Part shown: piece after piece, positions 1 to 10,500 of the stretch
Layout: each line of letters begins with the position of its first letter
Numbering within the stretch: position 1 is the stretch's first letter
Assembly (NCBI GenBank): GCA_034091205.1
Contig: JAXDRC010000015.1
Coordinates: 15,167 to 79,166 of the forward strand
DNA length: 64,000 bases
Direction: 5' to 3'
DNA from: Parabacteroides sp.
Lineage (GTDB): Bacteria > Bacteroidota > Bacteroidia > Bacteroidales > Tannerellaceae
The notes under the pieces: generated by a model
Seen by the model: the letters and a program-made list of their open reading frames with translations, nothing else
Database searches by the model: none
Told to the model about the DNA's origin: nothing
Made by a program: the position numbers and the translations under genes

Positions 1-573
1 TGTTCCGCCACCACCAGGTTCATCAGAGTTCTGGAAACCAATTACACCAGGCATACGACCAACCATACCGTTAGTCAAGTTTGTTGTAGGAGATGCTTTG
101 AGTTCTTCACCCTTCAAACTTGCAACAGAACCAGTTACAGTAACTTTCTTTTGAGTACCATAACCAACAACAACTACTTCATCAAGTTTTTCGGAATCTT
201 CGGTCAATGTAATATTGAAATCTGTTTGTGAACCTATAGGCTGTTCAACAGATTTATAACCGATATAAGAAATCTGTAATACTCCGTTTGCAGGAACATC
301 CGGAAGGGTAAATTTTCCATCAAGGTCTGTAATTGATCCGATTGTTGTTCCTTTTACAAGAACATTAGCGCCAATAATTGGAATGCCGGAGGCATCGACA
401 ATGGTTCCTTTAATTGTTTTAGATTGCTGAGTAACAGTTGATATGTTAGCATCGTTTAAACTTAGCTCTTCTGCACTTGCTGTATAAACAGAAAAAGCCG
501 AAACCATAAGACATAAAGTAGATAATTTAGCTACTTTAGCCATCATAGATAATGGTTGAGATTTATTTTTCAT
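1..573 (-). CDS. SusC/RagA-family TonB-dependent outer-membrane receptor, N-terminal 191 codons (gene runs off left edge)
   Basis: Reverse translation from ATG at 573-571 stays open to position 1. It gives MKNKSQPLSMMAKVAKLSTL... (signal peptide), then the carboxypeptidase-regulatory-like IKGTIVDASGIPIIGANVLVKGTTIGSITDLDGKFTL, then the plug start VVVGYGTQKK. Confidence 0.85.
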   Translation of the reverse strand, partial: MKNKSQPLSMMAKVAKLSTLCLMVSAFSVYTASAEELSLNDANISTVTQQSKTIKGTIVDASGIPIIGANVLVKGTTIGSITDLDGKFTLPDVPANGVLQISYIGYKSVEQPIGSQTDFNITLTEDSEKLDEVVVVGYGTQKKVTVTGSVASLKGEELKASPTTNLTNGMVGRMPGVIGFQNSDEPGGGGT

Positions 574-868
574 ACATTTAATTATTAGAATAAGGATTCA
601 CTACTTTTTTATCTCAAACAAAAAAGTTTAAAAAATATAACCTCTCTTTATATTTGTTTTATATTCTCCACTTAAATCAACAATTAATTACATCAAAAAC
701 CAAACTTAGGTTAACAATTTCTAAACTTGCCGCAATGTACGCATTTTTTAATTACCAACAAATTTTTACGATATTTTTTACAAAAAAAATCACATCTTAT
801 ACGGAACATAAATCAGAAGATGCACATCTCCAACCAAAATAAACACTTACATATAGTTCCTCATATCA

Positions 869-1738
869 TCAATAAATACTAAAATCTCTAGGTTTTATAA
901 CAAACCCCACTCTAATCATATTCTTGTACTTGTTATATTCCAGAAGATTCTCTCCGTAACCATTATAGAACTGGACGAACAAATATTGGTTCTCCCGTTC
1001 ATTGAATTTATAGCTTATTTCAATTTGTGTATTGATGCCAAACCATTCCTTTCGCTGTGTAAAAATGGCACCACACTGAAGACGCTGATTGTTTGTCCTA
1101 TAATTCAAGCCAATTTGAAGTATACCATTATATTTCAATATATCCCTATTATTATCACTGTCAATTATTGGAATCCAAGTTTTCGCCTGCAATTCCCAAT
1201 TTTTATTCAGAATAACAGATCCAAAAAATGAGACTTTGTTCCAACTGCGTGAACTGATACTGTCTTTTCCATTCGATTCATGCTCAAGCATAAGATAAGC
1301 TTTACCGATATATTTGTTTTTATGCACAATCAAATGTCCTAAACCAATACCGGGATTAAAGTTGAGGTCACGCATAGGGAGCGACTCCTGGAAAACATTC
1401 CAAAACGCCTTCTGTGTATATTGGATAAACAGATATGTATCAAACGGTAATCTACTTTTGGTCAGACGCTGGGAAATACTGAGTTGGAATTTAACATCAG
1501 AGTTTGCACCTGTAGGTTTTGTTCCCAAAGGAATTCCTCCAACAAAATAATTATCTTTGAACAAGGAAAAATAAGGACGTTTATCCAATTCAGCACGGAC
1601 ACTGTCCGCATTATACCTTTCTGAAAGATATTTGTCTCTTGCTTTCTGGGCAGAATCCAAATACTTTTCTTTCAAATTCTGTGAAAAAGCAGAAAAACAT
1701 AACACTGACAAAAAGGCAACCAATACAAATCTTTTCAT
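869..1738 (-). CDS. pldA: outer-membrane phospholipase A1 (OMPLA family)
   Basis: HESNG catalytic motif (LMLEHESNGKD) and beta-barrel-like alternating sequence. Start trimmed to MKRFVLVAFLSVLCFSAFSQ (signal peptide) at 1738. Confidence 0.8.
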   Translation of the reverse strand: MKRFVLVAFLSVLCFSAFSQNLKEKYLDSAQKARDKYLSERYNADSVRAELDKRPYFSLFKDNYFVGGIPLGTKPTGANSDVKFQLSISQRLTKSRLPFDTYLFIQYTQKAFWNVFQESLPMRDLNFNPGIGLGHLIVHKNKYIGKAYLMLEHESNGKDSISSRSWNKVSFFGSVILNKNWELQAKTWIPIIDSDNNRDILKYNGILQIGLNYRTNNQRLQCGAIFTQRKEWFGINTQIEISYKFNERENQYLFVQFYNGYGENLLEYNKYKNMIRVGFVIKPRDFSIY

Positions 1739-1827
1739 TTCAAACATTTTTATTACACAACAAACTTTCAAGAACAGCTACAACTGTCAATTTTTTTCTG
1801 ATAAACACGTACATAATCAACAATGAA

Positions 1828-1962
1828 TCATCTATACCTAGAGTTCCACACCAATTCCCATTTACCTGTAGGAGTTGTTATTGTCTGATATTCCAGTTTC
1901 ACTTCTGAACATGAAGCGAATGAAACTAATACGGATAATAAAGGTAAAAAAACTCTTTTCAT
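1828..1962 (-). CDS. small putative lipoprotein (44 aa), hypothetical
   Basis: MKRVFLPLLSVLVSFASC has a lipoprotein signal and lipobox. The ORF is very short and has no other support. Confidence 0.3.
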   Translation of the reverse strand: MKRVFLPLLSVLVSFASCSEVKLEYQTITTPTGKWELVWNSRYR

Positions 1963-2369
1963 AAATATGTGAAATAAAATTTTACTGATGTTCGGCAAAT
2001 CCAACAAATCACCGTAATATGCGACGCTGAACTTACAAAGCTGATTAGTCAATTAATCAAACGTCATAAAACTACACAATGTTATTATACGACACAAAAA
2101 TACTGACAAGATTCTTATTTCCTATACTCGAAAAATAGCGTTTATTGGTCTTTTTATCTAACAACAGGATTATGTTTCCAAAATACAGGTTTCAAAATGC
2201 TCAAATCATTATTGTGTCACAAATTTATAATTTACTTGTGACAAAGATATTTACTTCCTCTTACGGCTTTTTAATAGATAACACATACTTATAATGTTCA
2301 AATTTTCGCTATATTCGCACTTCATTATCTGAAATTCATAATTCAATTAATTTTAAAATCTAAAAACTG

Positions 2370-4163
2370 ATGAAAGACATTATAAATTTCTATGCATCAA
2401 ATTGTGAGAATCTAAAACAGAAAATCTCTACACTTAACAAACGAATCCATCTGATTGGGACGATAAGACTTATAATATTCTTAGGAGCTGCCATTTCTCT
2501 TTATTTATTGAGAGATGAAAGTTGGACTACACTAGTGCTGTTAACTATAGCATTTGCAATTCCTTTCATCGCACTAATGGTTGTGCACAACAAATATTTC
2601 TATAAAAGGACATACACCGAAACCAGATTAAAACTGAATGAAGATGAATTGAATGCCATAAGCTATGATTTCAGCGCATTCGACGGAGCAAAAGAAATGA
2701 TTGACGGCGAACATTCATTTTCGCTAGACTTAGATTTATTTGGAGACAAGTCTTTCTTCCAGTCTCTCAACAGGACGGTTACTGCTCAAGGGAAAAAACT
2801 ATTAGCCGAATGGTTTATGAATCCTTGTGACAAAAAAGAAGATGTTTTGTCAAGGCAGGAAGCAATAACTGAGCTTTCCAAACGCCAGGATTTATTCCAA
2901 CATTTCTATACTCTTGGAAAGATAAACAAGGAAAACAACAAATCTATAGAGATTTTGGACAAAATCAGACAAGACTTCGACCAAAGCATAGCTAGTCCTG
3001 TCTGGAAAATATTGACTTGGATTGTTCCTGCAATTTGGGTAATACTGATAGGTTGCAATTCTTTAGGACTGATTCAGGAGAAATGGATTGGTATATATTC
3101 AATAGTGGCAATTGTTGTTGCATATTGGAACAGCAAACAAGTCATGCAGTTATACAACTCTGTAGACAAAATGGAGAATATACTGAAAACGTATTCAAGC
3201 CTTATAGAAGTTATCGAGAACGAAGAATTTACATCTTCTGAATTAAAGAAAATATCAGAAAAACTTAAGAATAATAACCGCAAGGCATCAGAATCTCTGA
3301 AAACATTATCGCGACACATCGGTGCTCTAAACCAAAGATTCAGTCTTGCCGGCGCAATCCTGAATATACTTTTCATGAGAGATACACGTCATTCTATCGC
3401 CCTTGTAAAATGGAAAGAAAGACATCATAACGATATTGTCGGATGGATTGAAGCTCTTGCCGAAATAGATGCATATTTATCGATGGGAAATTATGCATTC
3501 AATCATCCGGACTATATATATCCGGAAGTTTCAGACAATTATTTCGTTATGGAAGGTAAAGCTTTAGGACATCCGCTAATAAACCGAGATGTTTGCGTAA
3601 GAAACAAAATAGACATTCCAAAATCGCCATGGTTCCTGATTATCACCGGAGCAAATATGGCGGGAAAAAGTACATACCTCAGAACTGTGGGAATAAACTA
3701 TCTTATGGCTTGCGCCGGATTGCCTGTCTGTGCAGAGAAGATGATTTTCTATCCGGCTCATCTCGTAACCAGCCTCAGAACATCAGATTCTCTTGCAAGT
3801 AACGAATCATATTTCTTTGCCGAACTTAAAAGACTAAAGATGATTATCGACAGATTGCAGAAAGGAGAAAGACTATTTATCATTCTCGACGAAATTCTGA
3901 AAGGAACTAACTCTGCCGACAAACAGAAAGGCTCTATGGCATTGATGAAACAGCTTGTAAAACTGCAAAGTTCCGGTATTATAGCCACTCACGACCTGGT
4001 TCTTGGTTCTCTTGAAGAAGAATTTCCAAACGAAATAAAGAACTACAGATTCGAAGCAGATATTACGGACAATGAACTTACTTTCTCCTACCAGCTTCGC
4101 GAAGGAGTAGCACAAAACATGAATGCTTGTTTTCTTATGAGGAAAATGGGTATAACCGTATAA
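2370..4163 (+). CDS. MutS-related ATPase (MutS domain V only) with N-terminal transmembrane segments
   Basis: Walker A ITGANMAGKSTYLRTVG, Walker B FIILDEILKGTN and ATHD are present. The hydrophobic N-terminal stretches are IRLIIFLGAAISLYLL, LVLLTIAFAIPFIALMVV and ILTWIVPAIWVILIG. Confidence 0.8.
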   Translation: MKDIINFYASNCENLKQKISTLNKRIHLIGTIRLIIFLGAAISLYLLRDESWTTLVLLTIAFAIPFIALMVVHNKYFYKRTYTETRLKLNEDELNAISYDFSAFDGAKEMIDGEHSFSLDLDLFGDKSFFQSLNRTVTAQGKKLLAEWFMNPCDKKEDVLSRQEAITELSKRQDLFQHFYTLGKINKENNKSIEILDKIRQDFDQSIASPVWKILTWIVPAIWVILIGCNSLGLIQEKWIGIYSIVAIVVAYWNSKQVMQLYNSVDKMENILKTYSSLIEVIENEEFTSSELKKISEKLKNNNRKASESLKTLSRHIGALNQRFSLAGAILNILFMRDTRHSIALVKWKERHHNDIVGWIEALAEIDAYLSMGNYAFNHPDYIYPEVSDNYFVMEGKALGHPLINRDVCVRNKIDIPKSPWFLIITGANMAGKSTYLRTVGINYLMACAGLPVCAEKMIFYPAHLVTSLRTSDSLASNESYFFAELKRLKMIIDRLQKGERLFIILDEILKGTNSADKQKGSMALMKQLVKLQSSGIIATHDLVLGSLEEEFPNEIKNYRFEADITDNELTFSYQLREGVAQNMNACFLMRKMGITV

Positions 4164-4170
4164 AATCGAA

Positions 4171-4288
4171 GATGTTGCAAAACTAATTTAAACACAGAGA
4201 ACACAGAGATTTTTATTCTATTTATACTCTACATATTACCTCTGTAGCTTTATGCCTCTGTGTTTGTTTTGCATGTTTTGCAACATCC
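4171..4288. repeat. CACAGAG-type nested hairpin element (copy 1), convergent-gene spacer
   Basis: Outer stem GATGTTGCAAAAC (4171-4183) pairs with GTTTTGCAACATC (4276-4288). Inner arms are AAACACAGAGAACACAGAG and CCTCTGTAGCTTTATGCCTCTGTGTTT. It is homologous to 32102-32220. Confidence 0.8.
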
Positions 4289-4379
4289 TCCATTTTTATA
4301 TCAAAAGCCCAATTACACCTACATGATTTTCAAAACCAAAGAAACGAGCCTCGCCAACTTGTTTCCTTGTCTATTCAGC

Positions 4380-6959
4380 TCACTTTCTCACCTCATACTC
4401 CCCTGCCTCATAAACCTTAGCCTCAGTTTCTCCAGGAAGAGTAACCGATGCCGTACATCCTTCCGGAACAGAGAAATTCCATATCCACGTATCACCCTCA
4501 TATCTCCATGAACTCTTGATACGTCCGGAAGCAGAATCATAAACAGCATCCACATGGCCCAGTCTCTTGTCCGGAACAGGCTTCATTATGATATGCTTGA
4601 AACCAGGATTAGCCGTATCCGAAGCAATGCCGGCAACACTCTCCCAAATCCATTCGCAAACCACGCCATAAGCATAATGATTGAAACTGTTCATACCCTT
4701 AGGTCCCATTCCGCTTTCAATCATATAACTGTTCCATCTTTCCCATATAGTGGTGGCACCGTTGTCGATTGAATACAGCCAGCTCGGATTCTTACGCTGC
4801 AACAACAATTCCCATGCAATATCCGACATACCGTTTTCAGTAAGCGTAGGCATAAGTATTGAAGTTCCAAGGAAACCGGTCTGCAAGCAATTGTCATGCT
4901 CCTCGAAATTCTTTCTCAATCGTGAAATCATATCCTCCTTAGCTTTGCCATCCCAAATCTCATTCTTCAGGGCAAACAAAGCCGGAGTCTGCATAGTATT
5001 CAGAATCTCAGTCTTGAACCTTCCATCAGCAGTGAAGAAATTCTCCTTTATATAAGCCTTTGCGTCGGCAACCATTTTCTCATATTTCGAAGCATCTCTT
5101 CCGCTTGCGGCAGCCATATCACGCATCATTCCTGCATCAATCACCCAATATGACGCACTCAGATAATTCCAGTAGTCCACAGCCTCAGGCAGAGGACCTT
5201 TCTTGTCGAAGGCACCACCGCCACAGCTCTCCAGCGGCTCATAGCTCAACCAGTCCGCCCACTGATAATTCATATTCTCATTCACCAAAGTCTTGTGGTC
5301 ATACTTCGTGTCGTTGATATGATTCATGAATTTATCCATCGAGTCCCAGCACTGGTCGATAATCTTAGTGTCGCCAAACTGCTTCCATATAGTCCAAGGC
5401 ACGATTATACCAGCATCCGCCCATCCCAGACGCATCATCTCATTTCCATATTGAGCCAAAGGAGCAACACCCGGGAAACCGCCCAGCTCACTCTGGCTGT
5501 CCATCATATCACGCATCCACTTATGGAAGAAAGAAGAAGTGTTTGCAAAGAACGAACCAGTTTCAGTGAACACCTGAGTATCCGCAGTCCAGCCCAACCT
5601 TTCATTTCTCTGCGGGCAGTCAGTCGGAACAGAAAGATAATTTGAGCGCTGTCCCCAAAGAGTATTTGATATCAGCTTGTTCACCATATCATTTCCCGTA
5701 GTAATACTTCCACATTCCATTTCCTTCGTAATTGAAGTGACAGGCACAGATTCAATCTTACTGATATTAACCTCGGCAGAAGCAGTAATTGAAACATAGC
5801 GATAACCGAAGAAAGAGCATCTCGGAATATAACTTACATCCTCAGCCGAATTGGCAAAAGTATATTTCAAAATCATTCCGCTATCCGGGATTCTCAGGTT
5901 CAGGCGGTGAACACTTCCCTCCGGACCGTCCATACCGCGGCTCTTCGCCCCGTTCCCGTCATTCAGCAATTCCGAAGTGATACACTCCAGAACAGTTCCC
6001 TCAGCAGCATTGAATACAAACGACGGCACACCCGCACAATTCTGACCGAAGTCAACCACCAGTTTCTCGCCCGGCTTCACCGTCATCGGCTCACCCGCCT
6101 TATATTCCTTCTTGACAATGATTTTTCCAAATTCATCCTTGCTCTCGCCACTTACGCCTTCCCACACATAAGCCTTCACAGGCGAAAGAGCCAAATCGTG
6201 GCGGAAATAAATCTCAGCACCTTCCGACGGCACCAGCTCGCCCTTGAACTCGCCGTTCACTTCCGGAGCCGACAATTTCCCAGGAGTTTCATAACCCGGA
6301 AGAATTCTGGCATCATATTCCTCACCGTCAAAAATAGCCGCATGAGTCACCGGGCCGGCAATACCCGCCTTCCAGTTCTTAGTGTCCGTACCAAGCAGCT
6401 CCTTGCTACCGTCGGAATAAGTAAGCTCAAGCACGCCGCGGAAAGCACATTTCTTGCCAACCATTCCATCATGGTTTCCCGGAGTAATAATCTTGTCCGC
6501 CCACCATCCCGGAGTGACCTGTGCCGACAGCACATTCTCAGCCTCTGCCTCAGTGTTGAAAGCATCAGTTATATCATAAGTGAAAGAAAGTTTGGTCTTC
6601 TCATAATGTGTGAACCCCGGTTTCAGAATTTCATCCCCGATAAGTTTTCCGTTCACATATATATCATACACCCCAAGAGCCGAAGTCATCCATCGCGCGC
6701 TGCTCACCTTCCGGCTGTTCTTCACCGTCGATACAAACCAACTGGCACCATCAGCAGCCCTTGTTCCGTCATATACCGGCCCCGTAACCACCGGAGCATC
6801 AGCGGCAGAAATCCATGTCGATGAATTCCACGCCTGGTTTTCCAAAGCCTCAGTCTTGTAAATTCCTTGTTTTTCCTGCTTCGTCGAACAGGACAGAGTA
6901 AAAAGCATCCCCGCAGCAAACAGGCAGGGAACAATTTTTTTGATTAGTCCGATTTTCAT
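4380..6959 (-). CDS. alpha-L-rhamnosidase, glycoside hydrolase family 78 (lipoprotein signal)
   Basis: 859 aa with the GH78 hallmark DCPQRNERLGWTADTQVF. The N-terminus MKIGLIKKIVPCLFAAGMLFTLSCS has a lipobox. Confidence 0.85.
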   Translation of the reverse strand: MKIGLIKKIVPCLFAAGMLFTLSCSTKQEKQGIYKTEALENQAWNSSTWISAADAPVVTGPVYDGTRAADGASWFVSTVKNSRKVSSARWMTSALGVYDIYVNGKLIGDEILKPGFTHYEKTKLSFTYDITDAFNTEAEAENVLSAQVTPGWWADKIITPGNHDGMVGKKCAFRGVLELTYSDGSKELLGTDTKNWKAGIAGPVTHAAIFDGEEYDARILPGYETPGKLSAPEVNGEFKGELVPSEGAEIYFRHDLALSPVKAYVWEGVSGESKDEFGKIIVKKEYKAGEPMTVKPGEKLVVDFGQNCAGVPSFVFNAAEGTVLECITSELLNDGNGAKSRGMDGPEGSVHRLNLRIPDSGMILKYTFANSAEDVSYIPRCSFFGYRYVSITASAEVNISKIESVPVTSITKEMECGSITTGNDMVNKLISNTLWGQRSNYLSVPTDCPQRNERLGWTADTQVFTETGSFFANTSSFFHKWMRDMMDSQSELGGFPGVAPLAQYGNEMMRLGWADAGIIVPWTIWKQFGDTKIIDQCWDSMDKFMNHINDTKYDHKTLVNENMNYQWADWLSYEPLESCGGGAFDKKGPLPEAVDYWNYLSASYWVIDAGMMRDMAAASGRDASKYEKMVADAKAYIKENFFTADGRFKTEILNTMQTPALFALKNEIWDGKAKEDMISRLRKNFEEHDNCLQTGFLGTSILMPTLTENGMSDIAWELLLQRKNPSWLYSIDNGATTIWERWNSYMIESGMGPKGMNSFNHYAYGVVCEWIWESVAGIASDTANPGFKHIIMKPVPDKRLGHVDAVYDSASGRIKSSWRYEGDTWIWNFSVPEGCTASVTLPGETEAKVYEAGEYEVRK

Positions 6960-7174
6960 ATTCCGTAATGATTTATTGGTTAGACAAACAAAATTACAAT
7001 TATTTCCTAGAATAACACAGACTCTTGTTTCACAAACTAAACTTTTAATTGAAGAGTTTACAGGAAAAACATTTTTTTATTTTGCCCGTCGTATCATCTT
7101 TTTATACTTTTGCACGCAATTTCCGGATATATAATTTTCAGAAACTTACAAAACCAATAATCAAAATAAAAAAT

Positions 7175-7429
7175 ATGGGAACAAAACGTATCGAATACTA
7201 TCCTCAGGGTGTTTGCTCAAAAATGATGATTGTAGATATAAATAACGGTGTTATCGAAAACGCCCAAGTTATCGGCGGCTGCCATGGCAACAGCCAGGGT
7301 ATCTGCGCTTTACTTAAGGGCATGAAGGCTGAAGATGCTATCAATCGCCTCAGTGGTATCAAATGTGGCAACAAGAATACTTCTTGCCCGGATCAGATGG
7401 CAAGGGCGCTGAGAGAAAGGATGGAATAA
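7175..7429 (+). CDS. TIGR03905-like small 4-Cys / TSCPD-domain protein
   Basis: MGTKRIEYYPQGVCSKMMIVDINNGVIENAQVIGGCHGNSQGICALLKGM... matches my memory of this family. Start trimmed from 7049 to the ATG at 7175. Confidence 0.6.
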   Translation: MGTKRIEYYPQGVCSKMMIVDINNGVIENAQVIGGCHGNSQGICALLKGMKAEDAINRLSGIKCGNKNTSCPDQMARALRERME

Positions 7430-7443
7430 AAACATTATAAGCA

Positions 7444-7505
7444 AAAAAAGACACAAACCGGGATTTGCCTGATACAGACAAACCCACGGATTTGTGTCTT
7501 TTTTA
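7444..7505. terminator. bidirectional intrinsic terminator between convergent genes
   Basis: AAAGACACAAA (7447-7457) pairs with TTTGTGTCTTT (7491-7501). An A-run lies on the left and a T-run on the right. Confidence 0.75.
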
Positions 7506-7522
7506 TATTATAATCCTATATA

Positions 7523-10500
7523 TTATTCCACGTTAAAACCTGTAATCTTAACTACAGGAGCATTACCGCGAGTATCAACATCTTTCCATCTTATGCTGAC
7601 TTCTTTCTTCTCACCCGGAAGCAATGCAAAATAGTTGTCTGAATAGAATATAGGCAAGAACTGGTCGCCATCCTTGTCGCCTACAACATTCAAGCGGATC
7701 ATAAGAGCCGGAACCTTTGTTGTATTCTCAACAGCAACAGTAGCTGTCCAGTTTCCATCTTCACCCTTGGCAGAAGTTACATTTGAAGTAAGCTTAACTT
7801 TCTCAAGCTTGTTCAAATCCTGGTAGTTGTTTTCTTCCAGACTTCTGTGATAGAAGTTATCAGAAATAACTTTGCCGTTCTCGATAAGCCACATCTTGAT
7901 GAAGTGAACTTTAGAGATATTCTGAGGGAATTCAAGTTTGATGCACTTGTTTGTAGTGTCTTCATTGCTGTCAACATTCACTTCTTTTTCCCAAGCAACT
8001 GTTGCATCCATGTTCAACACCTGAACTTTTGCAGTAAGTCCTTTGTGAGAACCTGCACTATAGTTGACCACTTCCACTTCGTCAGTAGCCGGATTCCACT
8101 GGATATGCAATGGCTCGGAAGCTTTCTTGATTGCGAAATAAGCAGCTGTCGGCTCGAAGTAATAGTCATAAGTCTGCCATACCATTGAAGGCCAGCAAGA
8201 GTGGCTCATCCACATCAACAGACCCATACGGTTCTTGCTGCGTGATTCGAACAAACTGCGGTGACCGTCATAGTTGACCCACTGAGCTTTTTCAGTAAAT
8301 TCTTTTGCATTCTGGGCTTCGCCATAACCTTTAGCAATGATTTCATTGAATGAAGTTGCTCCCTGAGCGCCTTCCAATGTATAATCGTGCATACCCCATT
8401 CGTGAGACTGAGGCCACATTCCTTCAGGAGAATATGTACGCTGGAATCCTTCGTAAGTCAATACGTTTGGCATACCGCGTTCACTATGGAACTTGTCGTT
8501 ACCAGTTTCAAGAGTAAAGTATGTCTTAGCCGGAAGCATACGATACGGACCGTGTCCGCTTACCACATCATCAGCAGAACTTGGAATATAATGTAATCCC
8601 GGATGTTCTTCCTTCACAATTCGGCGCAAAGCCTTGTCGATTGTTTCAGGCGGGAAACCTTCGTTACGTCCGCAATAAATACCAATAGAAGCATGGCTGC
8701 GGATACGGCGAACATAGTCCTCAGCATTTGCTATGAACATTTCTGGATAATATGGGTCTGGTCCGTCAGCAGGGTTTGCCAACCAGAAGTCCTGCCATAT
8801 CATTATACCATATTTATCACAAGCTTCATACAACTCTTCGTCGCCAATCATACCAACCCAGTTACGCATGATTGTAAAGTTCATATCTGCATGATAAGCT
8901 ACGGCTGCATCATATTCACGCGCACGATAGTTCAGATTTGACTCACTGAATCCCCAGTTACCACCACGACCGATGAAACGGCGGCCGTTGATATACATAT
9001 TAAGGATTCTGTTGTCCTCGTTGAATGTCATCTGGCGGAGACCAACCTTGAAATCTTTAGAGTCAGAAACCTGGTCATCCACCTTGAATGTGAAGTTCGC
9101 ATCATACAAATTAGGAGCGCCATAACCCTTAGGCCACCACAAACGAGGATTCTTTATGTTGAGCTGTTCGAATTTGTCAGCGTCAAACACAACAGTTTTC
9201 TCCTCTCCTGCTGCCAATTCAACAGGCTGATTGAACACCATATCACCAATCTTACCTTCAAGAACACCTTTCACTGCAGCAGCATCGTGGTTCTTGACGA
9301 TAACCTCAGCTGTAAGTTTTGCAGAAGTTGTATCTGGCAAAGGCAATACAGTTTCCACCAATGGGTCAGCCACCGTAACCTTACCTGTTGTAGTAAGTTT
9401 CACATCATTCCAGATACCGATGTTACGTCCGCGCATTGTAGGAATCCAGTCCCAACCGATAGTAGCATGGAACGTAGGATTATCCGCACCAAGGATACCA
9501 CCGTTGAAGTCCGTACTTTGTTTGTTCTTTTCCTTGATTGCGCCGATATGGTTATTCTTTATAATCTCAACGGCAACAACATTCTTGCCGGCAACAATAG
9601 CGTCAGTTACATCAAACTTGCCACGCATGAATGCTCCTTCGATTCTGCCGACCTGTTTTCCGTTAAGATAAACATTAGCCTTCCAGTTGACACCGTCGAA
9701 ATTCAGGAACACACGTTCTTTCTTGAAATCCGCAGGAACTTCAAATTCATCACGATACCAGAAATTAGAATAGAAGAATGATTCGGAAATATTGAGCTGA
9801 TTATCCGCATAATTCGGATTAGGCACGGCACCGACATTTACATAACTGCTCAACACAGTTCCCGGAACAGTTGCCACAATCCAATTCTGAGGATTGAAAT
9901 TAGCTGTAGAGATTTCCTCACCTTTAGCAGTCACTTCAGATGCACGCTGCAATTTCCAGTTACCGCCTGAAAGAACAATCTCACCGTTTGCCGCAGCAGG
10001 CTGGGCAACAGGCTGAGCCTTCAAACCGCCCTTACCCATCACTTCCATTTCACTCAGGACATAATGGCCTTCGCCCGCAGGCTGTTCCATCAACACTCTC
10101 ACATAGCGTGCATTACCCTTAACAGCTATTTCGTCAGTCAAAGATTCACCGCCAGGCAACTCTGCCACATCATTCCACTGCTTAGCATCATTCGAAGTCT
10201 GGATTTTACCTTTAGAAGCCTTGTTTACCCAGTGCAAAACCACTTTGTCAAATGAAGAAACACTGCCCAAGTCAACATATATCCATTCCTGCTTGTCAGT
10301 TTCACTCATCCAAGCGCTGCTATAGAACTGCGAAGGTTTCATTTCCACAATATCATTCTGATAAAGGAAATTCATATCCATAAGAGTCCAGTATGCAGCA
10401 CCTGCCATTTTGAAGCAAATACGATAATAAGAGTAATCACCTGTTTTATCAAGACTGATAGTCTGATCGATAATTCTTACAGGAAGATCACCTTTTTCGC

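Noticed and set aside
654-842. Small AT-rich intergenic ORFs: 654-842 (62 aa), 33205-33396 (63 aa), 4260-4511, 6940-7134 and 29234-29445
   Set aside because: They lie in promoter or spacer DNA or run through repeats. Their low-complexity Lys/Ile/Phe-rich translations reflect AT-rich sequence, and they have no signal or domain features.
2213-2247. Inverted repeat TGTCACAA-N13-TTGTGACA upstream of the MutS-related gene as an operator
   Set aside because: The arms are only 8 bp in AT-rich DNA and I found no second copy, so it cannot be distinguished from chance without comparative data.
5907-6824. 305-aa plus-strand ORF inside the GH78 gene
   Set aside because: It is antisense to a well-supported alpha-L-rhamnosidase. 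The product is Arg/Ser/His-rich with no motifs, so I treat it as spurious.
7049-7174. N-terminal extensions given by the ORF track (7049, 11179, 1771, 15196, 36594, 46144, 55158, 56688, 59121, 61854)
   Set aside because: Several of these use non-ATG starts or run through terminators or repeats; for example, 36594 overlaps the terminator hairpin and 15196 enters a repeat. Internal ATGs give canonical N-termini (signal peptides, MKILLFDNYDSF, MKQDILAEII), so I trimmed the starts.
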